A DNA stretch of 64,000 bases from Tubulanus polymorphus (GCF_964204645.1 NC_134032.1:12388275-12452274); one strand, 5' to 3'. Positions 12,701 to 26,400 are shown, counted from the first letter of the stretch. The notes: a model not told the origin generated them from the letters alone. Program-made: numbers and translations.

Positions 12701-14326
12701 ACTCTACGTAAACTACGTAATTACAGCATTTATCAGTGTTGTAATCCTGTTATAAAGTTCTGTGTGATTCGCTGCAATATTGATGATATTTATATAATCT
12801 CGCAGGTATTCACGCTGTCCACACACCCGTACGGTTGTCGCGTCATTCAGCGTATACTGGAGCACTGCACTCCGGAGCAGACGACTCCGATACTGGAGGA
12901 ACTACACGAACACACCGAACGTCTCGTACAGGATCAGTACGGCAACTACGTCATACAGCACGTGCTGGAGCACGGCCGCCCGGAGGATAAGAGTAAAATA
13001 GTGAACATGCTCCGTGGTCAGATTCTTGTACTGGCTCAACACAAATTCGCCAGGTTTGTAGTTAATCTTGTTTCTACAGCCGAATTCATTCAGTATTTAA
13101 TAAGTTTGACTCATTATGTGTCGTCTATTTTATAGTAATGTTGTTGAGAAGTGTGTTTCTCATTCGTCAAGAAGCGAACGTGCTTTACTGATCGATGAAG
13201 TCTGTTCCATGAATGATGGGTAAGTTGACTCTTTATTTCGGCATTCATGTTACTAGGGGCGGAGAAGACATGTGGGTAGGTTCTTCGATACCATGGGTTG
13301 GATGGAAATATGAGCTGTTGAGGATTGGTTCTGGTATTATCAGGGATGAGGAAGTCTTTACAATGCATTGATGGCTGGATAGGGGAGTTTCTATTGTCCT
13401 AGGGATGACAAGGAGAGTCGTTTGATACCTTGGTACCTCGGGTGGTTGGGAGGAGTGGCAGGTACAGGTGAAATGACTCATTTTGTCGCCATGCCTTCCG
13501 AAAGGGGGTCCCGATTGGAAATTCCGAGGACAAATTCCAGGTCAACTGTTCAGCAATGATCATCCTGGTGTTTCCATAAAATAGAATAGATTTATACACG
13601 TGTCAACCATTTCTATGAAGTATAGAAGAAAAAAATACTATAAAAACAGAATATGAAAGCATTTTAAAACATAAACGTTATTTGCAATACTCACCTACTA
13701 TTAACTATTTAGTGTCCTGTCCTGTGCAGTTAGCTTAGTTGATTGAGTGAGTGGAGGACTGGGAACCAAGAGGTCCCTAGTTCGAAGCCACCTCTGGCGT
13801 TGGCTGTCGAGACACATACATGGACTATGCTCTGCTAACGAGAGAAATCCCACAATAAATTCAGCCAACATTTGAATAGAAGAGCTGCTAACTTGGTCAG
13901 GAGGTTGTGAGCCATAACAACCTATAAAAAGGCTCTGGCCGTCTCTTTTAGACCCACTAGGGCCTACAGGTTGCACAGTTACTTGCAGTTGGGACGCAAA
14001 AATTCTGAACTGTATCAACACTGCATATTATACATTATATACATTAGTAAACGAGTATAAGATAAAGATGCGATGCTATTTGCAGGCCTCACAGCGCCCT
14101 CTACACGATGATGAAGGATCAGTTCGCGAACTACGTCGTGCAGAAGATGATCGACGTCGCCGAGCCGCCGCAGCGCAAAATACTGATGCACAAAATACGT
14201 CCGCACGTCGGCACGTTGCGTAAATACACGTACGGTAAACACATACTCGCGAAACTCGAGAAATTCTTCATGAAAAACACCGAGCTCGGCCCGATCGGAA
14301 TGCCGCCGAACGGCTCCATGCAGTAG
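741..14326 (+). CDS. PUM: Pumilio (PUF-domain RNA-binding protein), 5'-incomplete, multi-exon
   Basis: Phase-consistent GT-AG exons: 741-925, 2034-2185, 2506-2875, 3468-3543, 4668-4727, 6302-6508, 7075-7236, 8045-8170, 9461-9700, 10012-10141, 10638-10775, 11360-11618/11627, 11962-12099, 12806-13053, 13136-13219, 14086-14326 (TAG then TAA). Motifs [37 protein letters not shown], and [17 protein letters not shown]...[13 protein letters not shown]...YGCRVIQ...[13 protein letters not shown]...[13 protein letters not shown]. Confidence 0.97.
1438..1514 (+). ncRNA. Box C/D snoRNA, SNORD41-like (28S Um4306 equivalent), copy 1
   Basis: tggt-ATGATGA(1442)...GTATTCGTACTG-t-CTGA(1508)-cca with terminal stem. 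The guide is complementary to conserved 28S CAGUACGAAUAC and the D+5 rule gives U. Intronic, sense to Pumilio. Confidence 0.85.
1818..1894 (+). ncRNA. Box C/D snoRNA, SNORD41-like, copy 2
   Basis: Identical to 1438-1514; part of a local tandem duplication (~1092-1527 / 1528-1910). Confidence 0.85.
3080..3159 (+). ncRNA. Box C/D snoRNA, SNORD41-like, copy 3 (diverged)
   Basis: ATGATGA 3086, internal GCCA-tctat-TGGC hairpin, same guide GTATTCGTACTG, CTGA 3152. Boxes and guide are conserved while the spacer diverged. Confidence 0.8.
6597..6796 (-). mobile_element. tRNA-derived SINE with poly(A) tail and target-site duplication
   Basis: Minus strand has A box TGGCCGAGTGG, B box GGTTCAAACC and an A-tail; flanked by direct repeat aactataggt (6587-6596, 6797-6806). 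Confidence 0.85.
8737..8885 (+). ncRNA. Box H/ACA snoRNA, target unassigned, copy 1 (Pumilio intron)
   Basis: Hairpin cctttca...cagtttt/aaaactg...tgaaagg, H box AAATAA, hairpin gcaagt...aggactga/tcagtctt...acttgc, ACA at 8880. Near-identical copies at 39905 and 43869. Confidence 0.75.
10182..10310 (+). ncRNA. Box H/ACA snoRNA, SNORA10-like (28S Psi4521 equivalent), copy 1
   Basis: Hairpin gcaat...attgc with pocket CCAGCT / CGTTT pairing around 28S GAACG-U-G-AGCUGG; H box about 14 nt from the pocket; second hairpin tcta...taga; ACA at 10305. Confidence 0.7.
12221..12291 (+). ncRNA. Box C/D snoRNA with guide TGATAGGAAGAG (28S PTC region), diverged copy
   Basis: ccc-TGATGA...TGATAGGAAGAG-t-ATGA-ggg. 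Homologous to the RPN2-intron copies at 40284, 40470 and 43680; D box variant ATGA. Confidence 0.65.
13725..14010 (+). mobile_element. tRNA-derived SINE (degenerate)
   Basis: Head TAGCTTAGTTG...GTTCGAAGCC resembles A/B boxes; 3' end approximate. Confidence 0.5.
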
Positions 14327-15010
14327 TAACGCGCGAAATCGAAAATCGAGCGCAAAGTTTTTTTTAAGACGGGCGACGAAGGCGCCGCGATTAATTGATA
14401 GCATCTTAAAATCACGATTGGAACGAGGGGCACGAATGAGGGCCCGATTCGAAGCCCGCTGGTGTAAGGTACCGCCGTCGAGGCTGAAGATGAAAACGAA
14501 TTCGTGGGCGGAAATTTTTTTATTAATTGATTTATAAAACGCGCGACGCTAGGTGTGTGCGCGCGCGCTCGGCATTCACTAAAAGGTGAAAGGTTGATAT
14601 ATATTAGTTCTGTGTTCGGTATATAGGTGGCGCGATTATCTTTATAATACATGATAATGAATGTATATCGATATATATCACTAACACGACTGTATAAATA
14701 TTGTAACGATTAATATTTAGGATATTTAGATAATTATTTTTAACGCCTCGATTTAGGGTCGAGGGATAGTTTTTGAATAATCGGGGTTGTTTGTCTTCTT
14801 TTTTTTCGACGCTTATTCCTGTATTCGGTGTCCATTAGATATATCACTGCTCGCTTGCCGCAGCTGCCTAGTCGCTATTGCGCAATCACGTACGACCCTT
14901 TACACTTCCCTCGCAAACCCGCGATGATTTTACATCGTATCGATTGGGATAATATTAGATATTGATATTTATAAATATATTTACCTGCATGCACGGCTGT
15001 GTAGGGCGTG

Positions 15011-15139
<129 letters not shown>

Positions 15140-15148
15140 TTCGTACAT

Positions 15149-17616
15149 CGGCCGCTAGGTGGCAGGCTCTATTCGTAGATATAATGGAATCCTTGATTGC
15201 TGTGGTATTTGATGTGCTACTTGCACTAGCGCACCTGGTGGATCCTCACTTGCCACAGTTGGAATCCTCTGAATTACAAGTCAATGAAATGTCGCAAACT
15301 AATTTATGAACCATAGTTCGAGTAGATAAGACATAAGTGCAGTGCCACCTAGCAGCCATGATAAACATTAATCAGCGTACTATGATTCCACGTATATATA
15401 AACAGTAGCCCGCTGTCAATCCCCCTGCCCCACACGTCATTCTTAGTTGTGTCTCTTAGTACTTTCCGAAATTGTTCTATAAATGTGTAAAAATCTGTGT
15501 ACATTTGTATAAACTAAAAAAACGAATGCTTGTATAGAAAACAACACACACGCATAAATCGCAATAATGAGATTCATTTTATTTTCTCATTCTTCTCATC
15601 TTCACAACTCCCCCGCTATCATCGTCATCGTCATCATACGAGTGCTTAGTGCGCCCTCTAGTGTGTATAATAAAACGTACTACCACTATTTCGTGTATAA
15701 ATCATTCGCAATGTAAAAAAAAACGAATCGAACGAACCTTTCAGAAACTTATAAATATCCCGTTATTTGTCGACCTATCATGAAATGATTCGCGGAAAAA
15801 ACTTTTTATCGGGTTTTAGCTGTTGGCGTGTATGTTAAAAGGGGTTGAGGTCAGAGAATGTCGCCCTGATTGTAGTATATGTTCGAATGATGACGCGCGC
15901 CCGCTGCGTCGGAAAACACCAGGCCTGATTCTTAACGGATTGATTGATGTAGTAGGCCCGTGGTGGCTCCAGTGCGACTTGGTTTTGGTATCGGCTGAGA
16001 ATGTTGAGTCAAATGGTTGTAGAAGTCATTCGATGAAACCAAATACCCGGTGTCGTTTCTGATGCAGTGGCGTACGTTGTGTAAGCCTAGTGTGATGTGT
16101 CTTTCAGATCTCAGTAAAGGTTGAATTATTATTACCTTAAAAAAAAATCGTCTCCCGTTTGTAAAATTTTGTAAAGATTATTCAGTTCTCTTTTCTAAAA
16201 ATGACGCCCTGTAAAAAAGAAAAACGAAAATTATATATGTATAGAAAGACAACTACGCGAATACTGTAAATTCTAACTCGCCCTGCCCCCTAGTGGAGAA
16301 TGCCGACACTGCGTGCAAATTTTTTGTGAATATGAAAAGAAAAATTCTACGGTAAAACTAGAAAAGATGTAAATTAGTGTAATATGTAAACTTGTGTAAA
16401 TTTAATTTTCGAATTTTTTGACGCCGTTTGTAAATTTGTATAGTTCGAAACGCGGCCACAAGGGGGCGCCGGTGTCGATTCTCCTCGTATGTACGACCTC
16501 AGTCAGTATTCTGTAACATAAAAATGCATAACCTAGTACAAGAATTAAATAATGATAATAATAATAATAATGATTATAATTATGATTCTATAAATATCGA
16601 TATAAATATTGAAAAACCTTGTAAGAAATTTCCTGTATCCATTTTTCACGATTTCTGGTGCTAAAAACGATTATTGACTCTGTAATTAATTAATTAATAT
16701 TGATTAATTAGTCTTTATATTAACGAGAATGGCTCTTGAATAACCCTTTCCGGTTGACAAGCAGTTTACATATATGACTTGTGTATATTTTGGTGAACCA
16801 GGGGCTAGTAAGAATGAAGACAGGCCTTAGTAAGTAGCCGACGTTTTTTAACGTCTGCATGATGGCTTTGAATCGGCAAACCGGTCTGATAACTGGAAAA
16901 TTAAAATTCCGCAGCTGAATCCTGAATGCGGTTCGCCGAAAGTCTTGAATCAAGTGTGGCTAAAACTGTGTATATAAAAGTGTAATAAGAATACATAAAG
17001 TCTATCAAGACGATGGTCTTCTTTACTTACGGTCAGACCGTATAGGACCCGAACTGGAAAGGGTTAATCGCGAGTACGTTATAGATAACTGATATTTAGA
17101 ATAACGAGCCGACTTTTTTTTCTTTCGTTCTGAAATTTATCACACGGTGATCGCGCGGTTATCGATAGGTAGTGTTTCGAACGGTTTATAGGTGGCGTGA
17201 GTGCGTGTGTTTGTATGTTGGTACGTACGGTCTCGTATTTTTATCCACCGCCTGTCGGATTCTAAGGTAGAAAAAATGTTTGTAAAAATTGCCGGGTTTT
17301 GATACGTGTTTAAAAGGTGGAGTGGGTTCCTAACTAATCCCGTTCTTCGGTAGAGGGGGGAATTTGATGGAATATTCACCAGGCGTCGTTAAGAAACCTA
17401 CGAATGTGTAAATTTGAAAAAAAAACGAAAACGTGTACAGAAAATTCTCCGCGAAAGAGAAAAAAGATTTATTTTTTTTAAGAACCCGTTCGATTCTACT
17501 TACCGATGATAATAGCAAATCTGATGTTTTTCTCCCATGACAATAATGATTACTTAAAACGAAATGCGTACGTCATGAATCGATAAAATACGCAGCAGTG
17601 GTGCCCCCTAGTGGTG
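15149..17616. promoter_or_regulatory. Cluster of CTCF-type motifs
   Basis: CGGCCGCTAGGTGGCAG (15149,+), TGGCTGCTAGGTGGCACTGCA (~15341,-), ACACTAGAGGGCGCAC (~15650,-), TCCACTAGGGGGCAG (~16283,-), CGGCCACAAGGGGGCGCC (16453,+), ACCACTAGGGGGCACC (~17600,-). Confidence 0.55.
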
Positions 17617-20600
17617 GAAAATACGATCTACGCTTACCGCAGCTGAACGTGTATTTGATGGCATTTTCAATACTTAACGATTGATAGTAATAATCTCGTT
17701 GACAGGCCAGATATATCGTTAAAACGGGGTGTTATACCCCCCCGCTCCCCTGATCTGTATAGCTCCCCTCCCTCCCCCTAAACCTCTCTCTCAATGTACA
17801 GCGAATGAAAAAGTTTTTAATTCTGTAAATCAATCAATGATGATAATGGAGCAAAAGATCGTTTCTATTTTCCGAGAATTCTATTTTTCCAGTTATCGTG
17901 TTTTTTCTACGAGCCCTTCTCATACGTAAATCTCTTTGTAGTAGTCGTCGTAGTCGTCATTGTCGATAATTCCGTAGTTCTGCTTTTTCTCGCGCCCTAC
18001 CGCTTGTCCTCGTCGGTGGCGGCGGCGGCGGCGTTCGAATGCGATGATAATTATTGTTACGATTCGATAGATTTTGATTAATCGTTTCCTACGTATGTTA
18101 AACCAACGCTGCTTTATTCTACTGAATATAATGTCGTATCATTTCGAATCATATTAATTGATTACTAATTAACAGATATTAATATTAATGAACATAATTA
18201 TATGAATGAATTTCATAAATATATATATATAAGTGTATAATATGTAACATTGTGGTTTATATAATTGCATATAGGTGGCATCCGTGTAGAATAAATGTGT
18301 AAACTACATATTGATAATAATCCTAATAATGATACTTATATTAATATCTATAATCACTTATATATATATATATATATCAAGTCAGTATATAGTAAAATCT
18401 GTAGTATATAGAACTTAAAATAATATTCGATATTATTGATTAGTCGATGTTTAATTATCAGAATTTCGAGAATGGCTGTTACGAATTTTTGTCGTAAATT
18501 TCTATATAACAGAATTTTCTAGATGTCCGATTAGCTCGCGCGCACGTGGGTTGTGCGCGTGTGTTTTGATAGGTGTAGGTTGTCGGGTGTTGTTGGTTTG
18601 GGTGTAGTCAATATTAGCCGGGTTGGTTCGTTGATACTCGCGGCTCAATGTCACGTTTCATGAAATTCCGAGTAACGATGAAATCCGCTTCATACGGATC
18701 AGGTTTGATATCGTGGTTTTGTAAAATATCGAATTTCTATGATGATTTCTTTGCGCGCTTTTTAAAAAAAAAAACTTTTCACACCAGTTTCGTTCGTAGT
18801 TCAATCGTAATATGAATTTAGCGTTTCGCTTTACGTAGTTCGTTACCGCGCCGCCAGGTGTCGGGGCAGACAAATTTCTTTTCTCTTCACGTCTATCGCG
18901 ATATAACCGAGAAATATTTTCTGTTTAACATTTTTAAATGTATTTATCGGCTTAAAGCGTCTCTTTAGAAAAAAAAGGGTTTGCGCGTATTAGAAAATTA
19001 AAGATTTTTATACCGGAGTGATATGAAAGGGTACGGTAGCGCCATCTTTATTGGTTTGAGCGAAACGGTGTATTATATTCCACCTTTAGAGTAGATAGTT
19101 AGTAAGTATAGAACTAGGGAGTAAGTAATCAGGAATTTGGACCCGGTTTGGCGTTGGCGGTTTAGAAAAAAAAGTTTTGCCACTCTTTTCGACCGGATTC
19201 AATTTTTCGTGGTACTTTAACTGTTAGGTATTTCTTGTAAAATCTTTCCCCTACACCCCTCCGTTAAACTGGGTCCTTCCCGCAATAGCTTTATGATAAT
19301 AGGAGTTATGAAGAGTTTTTATACGCTTTTGATAAATATTCACTTTCTCGTTTTCTGTCTTTCTCTTTCTCTACTCAAACGTCATTGGTGATTTTTACTG
19401 GAAATTTTTTACGGAACTGAATTTAGAGAAAAGCCCTCTCGTCCCCCTCCTCGAAACCCCCGCGCCCCCGGCTAGCTCGAATCCTCTCTAGCCCTCGCTG
19501 AATAATCTGTAAAAAGAAACATTTTTAACGATCATTTTTTATCGATAAGTCGCAATAACTCAACGAGAGATAAACGTCAGTAGTTGTTTATGTACAGTTT
19601 AGGGATGAAATTGTAGAAAGAAATTTTCATTTGAAATTATAGATACTCGTGTAGCTACGTAGCAGTTTCGGCTCGAAACGGAAGAAAATCTCCGAATTTG
19701 GTCTAGATTTGATAACGAATGAAAGTATCAATCTGCAGCTGGAACCTTGCGTCGTTAAGACGTTTGATGTTTCCGATTTTTAATCGTTCAGGTTCGAGAT
19801 CTCCCTGGCGATATTCTTGATAGAAAATAAACTAGAAAACACAAGACATCAGAAATTTTATCCGCATGCTTTGAAAAAGTGATCTGACTTCACGCTACAA
19901 TCGTGATATCATGTCTCAAAGGGTCGTTGGTTGCAGGCTGTAGGTTGATCGAAAATGTTAGGGTTAGTGGTGTTAACTCTTGAGGAGAGTGAAGATCTAA
20001 TGATTGCATAGGTCGAGTTACGAAACGTCCCGGTTCTGGAGATTCCGAAGCCGAAACGCTAGCGAAAATTCAGACTAAGAAACGTCTAAAATACAACAAT
20101 GAATTCTGTGTACAGTGTTTAAAAATCTAATGTATAAAGTAGTAGTTCAGAAATATGAAACAACCACATCGGTCCATGTATGATAAAATGAATGTTATAG
20201 AAGCAATTTGTATAAATTATGAGAAACCTAGAAAAATATAACTAACAGATATGTGAAAAAATATCTCGCCGAAGAAAGGATGAAAAAAACAAATGAACTG
20301 ATGTATTGTATATTTTGTGGCGTATTATTTCCCCAGATGGTATTGCCGTTTATTCAAACACCTTATTCGTGATGATGAGGAAAAAATTTTAAAACGATGA
20401 GAAAGAAAATGATGATGAAAAGTTGTTGATTTTTGCGACGCTCACGAGAAAAATATCGATATCGCGAAAATGAAAGCCTCGATACGTGTTACGTTAGATT
20501 TGCATCCATTGAGATCACCCTCCCCCTACCCCTTTAAAAAAATCTGAGAAAATTCTTCGATCGTTCTTTTTACGAATGAAGATATAAATTGTAATAGTAG

Positions 20601-21332
20601 ACGATGAGCGCATTTAAACCCCCCCCTGAAATGGGTTCAACTGTCGATGTATACGGATGAAATGTTTGTGAATAGAATTGAAAACTGTTATTTTATATCG
20701 ATTGATAATAAATAAACGCGATCATGAATCGAGCGACGAATCCGCGTGAAATAATAATGTATAGAGATGAAAATGAAATCTATTTTTTAAAACCTGCGAA
20801 TCGGAAAAAAAGTGTACAAAATGAAATAACGATTAAGGCCGTATATCTAGTGTGAATATTTGCTAAAGTACCGTAAATAACTCTGTAAATTTTGTGTTTC
20901 TAAAAAAGCGAAGAAAGGAATCTTAGTATTAATATTGTGTATAAATATATCTGTACATATGTATTTAAAACGATAAAACAAAGATATTCGTTATGAAACT
21001 TTTCTACGGTCGGAATTTCTCTACTCCCCGCGGGTCATAAAATGGCGTCGGTTTTTTTTTTTTAAATTTGTTGTATTACGATAAGTCCGATATCTCAATG
21101 GATGCAAATTTAGTCGACTCACTTGCCCCCTTCTTTTTTCTGCTATTCGGAGGCTGGTTCCATAGTCGCGGCTAAGACGTAGGACCGGTCTAAGACCATC
21201 TAAGTTCTATAGTCAATCTAACGACTTAGGTCTCAACTATGGAACTGGCCGCGGGACAACTGCTGAACTTGGTCCGGAATATTTCTAATAAACGCGCAAA
21301 CTTCAAACCAGTTCTATCCGGAAAATATCTAT

Positions 21333-21603
21333 TTAACCCTTTCAGTGCTGACTAATTAATACCCTATAGTGCTGAAGATAATTTTAAAATTCTGAAAAAT
21401 TCCAGCCTAGTGTGTTGAATAACGGGAATAGTGCATCTACACCCTGGCGTGGTATATTTCACTATGTTTGTCAGGTGCTGCCATCTTTCAAGAGAGATAA
21501 TTAGTAATTACTAATTAAATCAATACACCGCAGTGCGGTGTACTAGCAAAATCCATCACTGATTCGTACACTGCACTGCGGTGTAGACGCACTGAAAGGG
21601 TAA
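21333..21603. mobile_element. piggyBac-type MITE
   Basis: ttaa-CCCTTTCAGTGC...GCACTGAAAGGG-taa terminal inverted repeats. Related copies at ~10340-10477 and ~38020-38196. Confidence 0.7.
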
Positions 21604-24600
21604 GATTCGCCGTGTTTAAGTAAGCAGCCTCCCTCCCTGCGTTAGAAACAGTTCACGCGTTCGTGATCGTTATTTTTCATTTAGATTCGAGTAGAATTTT
21701 TATTCAGTTTTCGTCGTTCATTAATAAATTAAGTACGTATTTTATTTCGGGTTAGAACTCGGCGCGTCGACAGCTCGTCGCGGGAGCCAGTTTTTAACAA
21801 TCGACCGACGCAACCTAGTTAAACGTTGCGTGGAAATTCGTTCAGTAAAAAATAAACAGAATAATTGCGGTTATTAGTTATTGTTATTATTACTTATTTT
21901 GCCCATTAATTCTGAGAAGTTCCGGAATTTTTATCTCTTAACTTAATTAGTTACTAAATTTTTCGATTTTGATCATCGTCGTCGTAGTCGTATTTGCTCA
22001 ACGCGATTTTCTCGTTTGTATTCTTCTTCTTGAATTACTATTATTCTTTTGAAAAATCTGAATATTTCAACTACCGTTTTATAAAACGAAGGAAAAAATC
22101 TACGTGTGACATTGCTTCGTCTTCTATATCTAATTTGCACGTTTCTGAAATGGTCTAGGCACTATTATTTATGGGTATGAAAAACCAATCGAGAAAGTTT
22201 TTGAACTGATTTGTTATGTAGTGGAAAATATAAACTTACAACAGCAGAAATGGATCTTGAAAATGAACTGATATCAACTCAAAGGGTCAACTCTCTTACT
22301 CGCAACTGCGGATCCGATTCCTGCGTTCGATTCTTCGACTAGATTCGTTTTTGTGTCGTTTCACCGCGTTAGATTCGCCTGATTTTTCGAAAAGTCGTCG
22401 GCTGCTCGCGGCGGTCATAGCAGCGCCCCCTATGAACTCATTTCTCTCATTAAAAAAGGTGGAGGTTTTTTCTGGCCTGGTATTTTTTTGGTTTAGATAA
22501 TTTTTTTTCCCCGCGAATATCGTCGTCAACTGTAACAATATTCGTAAATTACAGAATTATGATATTAACTTGAAGTAGAAAAAAAGGAAACCACATTCAC
22601 TTTAATCGATATTTCATGCTTGGTTGTATAGAAAACAAAAACGCTTTTCATATATATATATATATACATATATAAATATTATACAGTCGGACTGCATTTC
22701 GACGGTCCGCGGTTGAAACTCGCTTCAAGTTGGTTCGAAATGATGATGAACTTGCGGTGAGTTTGAATTGATGATCGCTTTGAACTGTTCAGTTCAGGAA
22801 TGATCCTCGCTTGGTTTTCGATAAGCAATTTGTTGTATATGTCATCTCGGCGATGACAGGGCTCCGATAGAGCGCAGCGCCCCCCACATGAAATGTAGGA
22901 TTATTTTGTAAATTCACGCGTGTATAATTAATTTGAAAATGAAGCTCCCGAAAATATGTCTTAATGTTTCCAGGTATGTCGTAATTGAATTACCGCTGTC
23001 GTGAAATGCGTATTAACTTAAAACTAGTAATCGCAAAGTTGAGCTTTAAGAAAATCCCAGTTTTACTTTGAGACTGTAGAAAGTACATCGGAACCTCGTT
23101 AATACGGATCTTGCGGTAAACATTGAAATGGTAGTAATATTATCCAAAGCTTGATTGATATAAAAATCTTAGCTGGGATATGCTAGCTGGGAATCATCGT
23201 AATAAACAGGTTTCTTCTTTAATTAACTGTGTCGTATTCATGAGGTTAAGCTGTACGAGCAACTGGAAACTAAGCCGAATTTTTAAGCCGGGTTAAAGTT
23301 AATGGTGTAGATAATTTTGAGGCGGGGGGCGGATTTTATTTCGGTCCTGTCGTCGTCGAAATGATATTCGATGTATTTGTGCATATATATATATTATATA
23401 TAATTATTATAGATATAAAATTGTGTGTATTTTTTTCATCTGTACAATAACTGTATAAAAAATATAAAAAATAAACAGAAATCTTGTAAAATGCCTGTAA
23501 ACAAAAGATCATTTTGCTAGTAAATAAATTCATTCATTGACACATTGTCACAGTAAAAAAATTATGGATCTCTTCTTTTCTTCTTTGCTTTTCTTCTACT
23601 GCGGTAATTTCTGTGGTCGTTTCAGACTAAGTGAAGACAACTTGCACATTAGGAGTTTGGACCGCCCACTTGCGGTAACAATTTACACAACTGGTAGTGA
23701 AAGTGATTTGTGTTGAAACAACTGTTTACTGGCACACAACAGGCCTTGGTTATTACATTCTCAAAATCAGTTCATGTTTTAGGAATTTAGAACCAGGGCT
23801 CTCACCGATGAGGAATCCAAGATTTCCTTATTTTCTCTGACCAAAACTTCCCTGAATTTATGTGATCGATAACTATATTGTCATTTAGGGCTGTTTCTCA
23901 TCAAGAAGTTCCTTATGCCACATATCACCAGCAAGAACAACAAGCTTCCAACATTTCAAATTCCCTGAGTTTTAAGTCAGAATTCCATCTCTGGCTCTTA
24001 ACTGAAAATTTCCTCATTATATTACTTAGTGAGGGCCCTTTCTTCTCGCAAGGTTCGCCACCAGCAAAGACAAAAATACACCAAAAAATTTGAATTCCCT
24101 CGACTCCATTTTGAGTCTGAATTCCATGATCTGTAGGTTAACCACTAGTGACACCTAGTGTAATTCTTGCTCACTACAGAAGCGGCCAAGCATACCAGTT
24201 GAAATCAACGATTTACGACTGTGTGCACCTCTCAAGGGGACGTGGCCTTGCTCCAATTCATTCTCAATACTCTTACGCAGAATTCGATCAAATGTTCGCC
24301 CCATGGGCAAGTGGCTTTCATTCCCAAGGTCGAACCTAGGTGTACGGCACCCTGGACAGTCCCAAGAAATCGGAGTCAATACAGTCAGTATGTTAACCAT
24401 TTTGCAAATGTCTCATAAGAATTCAGTTCCATCGCGCATGAACTATTGCATCTTTCTTCCAGTGACTCAACATCCACTAACTTATATACCGGCGCATCCC
24501 AAGTATGTTTCTTCAATCATTATAAACCCAATCACAACGAAAATTGATTCTATTTACAAAACTTTATTATTCGTTATTTTTGACGGATAAACATACACAA

Positions 24601-24937
24601 TTAAATTGAATACAAATAAATACCATACAGAAATTCATTCTTTCACCGCTTTTTCAAATCTTTATCTTAAAAATATCCATCTTAAGATCCGCTCTAGAAT
24701 CTGCGTAACCATAACATTCACATTTAATTGATCCACTTCCACAGTTCTTAAATCGTAACTAGAGTTTAAATTTTGTCATTTTCAAGTATATGTATTTCAA
24801 TCAAACTTGAACTCAGCATTTTGGTTCCTAGATCCTTACTGAGGTACCAGGATTTTAACTCATAACTCCGGAAATGGATCGCTTTGATAAAATCATGCCG
24901 TTTTTTTCTCGGTAGGAAAGTTTAATATCCCGCGAAT

Positions 24938-26027
24938 TTATTTCTTCTTTTTTCCGCGTTGACGTTTTTGCGCGTTTGACTGCTGCGATTGTTGACTAGA
25001 CTGCGACGCGTTCTGAGCCGAAACGCGAGCCTTCAATTTCGGAATCGTTTCCCCGAGATAAAATAAAACAGACCTTCCTGAAAATAGGAGGAAAAAGTTC
25101 CAGGCTGTCGGTTATCTGAAAGGGTGGTTCCTAGCTGCAGATTGTCTAGGGGGTGGTTCCAAGAGCAGATTGTCTGAAGGCATGGTTCTAAGCCGTAGAT
25201 TGTCTGAGGTTCAAGGCTGTTGGTTATCTGAAAGGGTGGTTCCATGAAGCAGATTGCCTGAGGGGGTGGAGTAATTCCGGGCTGGGGTAGGAGGGGTTGT
25301 TACACGGCTTACTTACTCGTTGGGAAGTTTTCGTGCAATATCGCACCATTTTCATCTTTGAGTTGAACGCGAATTCTACCGCGGAATTTCGGGTCTCGAG
25401 GATCCAATTCGCGAGGGTAAACTTTATTCTGAAAAAAATTGATTAAAAAATGTTTTATTATCTCCATCTTTATTTGACACGCTGGAGCGCCAAAAGAAGG
25501 CAGACCGAGATGGGACCCTACCTCTACTCCGACAGTCATGCCGGCATTAGCTAACACATCTCGGATCTCGACATACGTCGGATTGTCAACGCTCTAGAGA
25601 ATTGATGATAAGAAAAAAATATTAGAAAATTGAGTTATTAATTGTCAAACAAGGACAACAGGGCACATATCATCTTTTAACTTACTCTATTTTTCGGTAT
25701 CCTTCTGCCTTCAGCGACAGTCTTCTTACTGTTTATGTAGGCCGGATAAACACACACCCACCTAGAAATGATTTGAATAGACTGTATAGTCATAGACATT
25801 AAATTAATATAAATATAAATTTTACTTTAGTTCGAGTTGGCCCATATGGGGTCAATTTTCAGGCGAGCCAAGACTGATCTTAATTTCTAACCCGGTTCAA
25901 TCTATTTTACATTTATTCTGGTAAATTCATGCGATTCGAATTTAATTCAAAACTTCAAAGAACACGAAAAACCAACGAACCTCTCTCGATCCGAACAATT
26001 AAAATCGGGGTTCCACGATCTCGCCAT
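24938..26027 (-). CDS. SRP19: Signal recognition particle 19 kDa protein
   Basis: Exons 26027-25981, 25761-25686, 25593-25522, 25428-25317, 25077-24938, all phase-consistent. Motifs ERWVCVYPAYINSKKTVAEGRRIPK, VDNPT, NKVYPRE, RGRIRVQLK, IPKLK and basic tail GKKKK. Confidence 0.96.
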
Positions 26028-26400
26028 GTTGGCTAACTCAATTGCCAGAGTAAGATTCGGACGCGTATATGGCAAAAGTATTCAGGATTCGAACCTAACC
26101 GGCCACACAGGTGCGCAAAATTTGAAAAAATAGGATGTTTTCAAAAAGATTCGATTATCATGATAGAATGACACCCGGAAAGCATAAGACATTCATAGAT
26201 AGATGGCAAAAGTCAGAGTTCTTAAGTATTCTGTGGGGCCTTGAACCTACGGAGCAATGTTGTTCAAGTGAGTTCAAGTTCAAATTTATTCCACGGAAAG
26301 ACATGTACAGAGATTGAGAGAAAAACAAAGAATAAAATTTACGATTCTTAAACAAGCACAATTATAAAAAGAGAGAGGACAGTAGCTTTTTGTTCTACTC
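26028..26400. promoter_or_regulatory. Bidirectional promoter region SRP19/eIF5A with TCT/TOP-like start
   Basis: Head-to-head genes; pyrimidine tract CTTTTTGTTCT at ~26386 begins a putative non-coding exon ending at the GTAAGT donor at 26534. Confidence 0.55.

Noticed and set aside
13245-13600. Minus-strand ORFs / possible LINE 3' fragment
   Set aside because: Only faint resemblance to a LINE ORF2 tail; too degraded to support a call.
14324-14329. Stop-codon readthrough of Pumilio
   Set aside because: TAG is followed immediately by TAA.
14015-14652. 129-aa and 173-aa minus-strand ORFs
   Set aside because: Antisense shadows of the GC-rich last Pumilio exon; no recognisable motifs.
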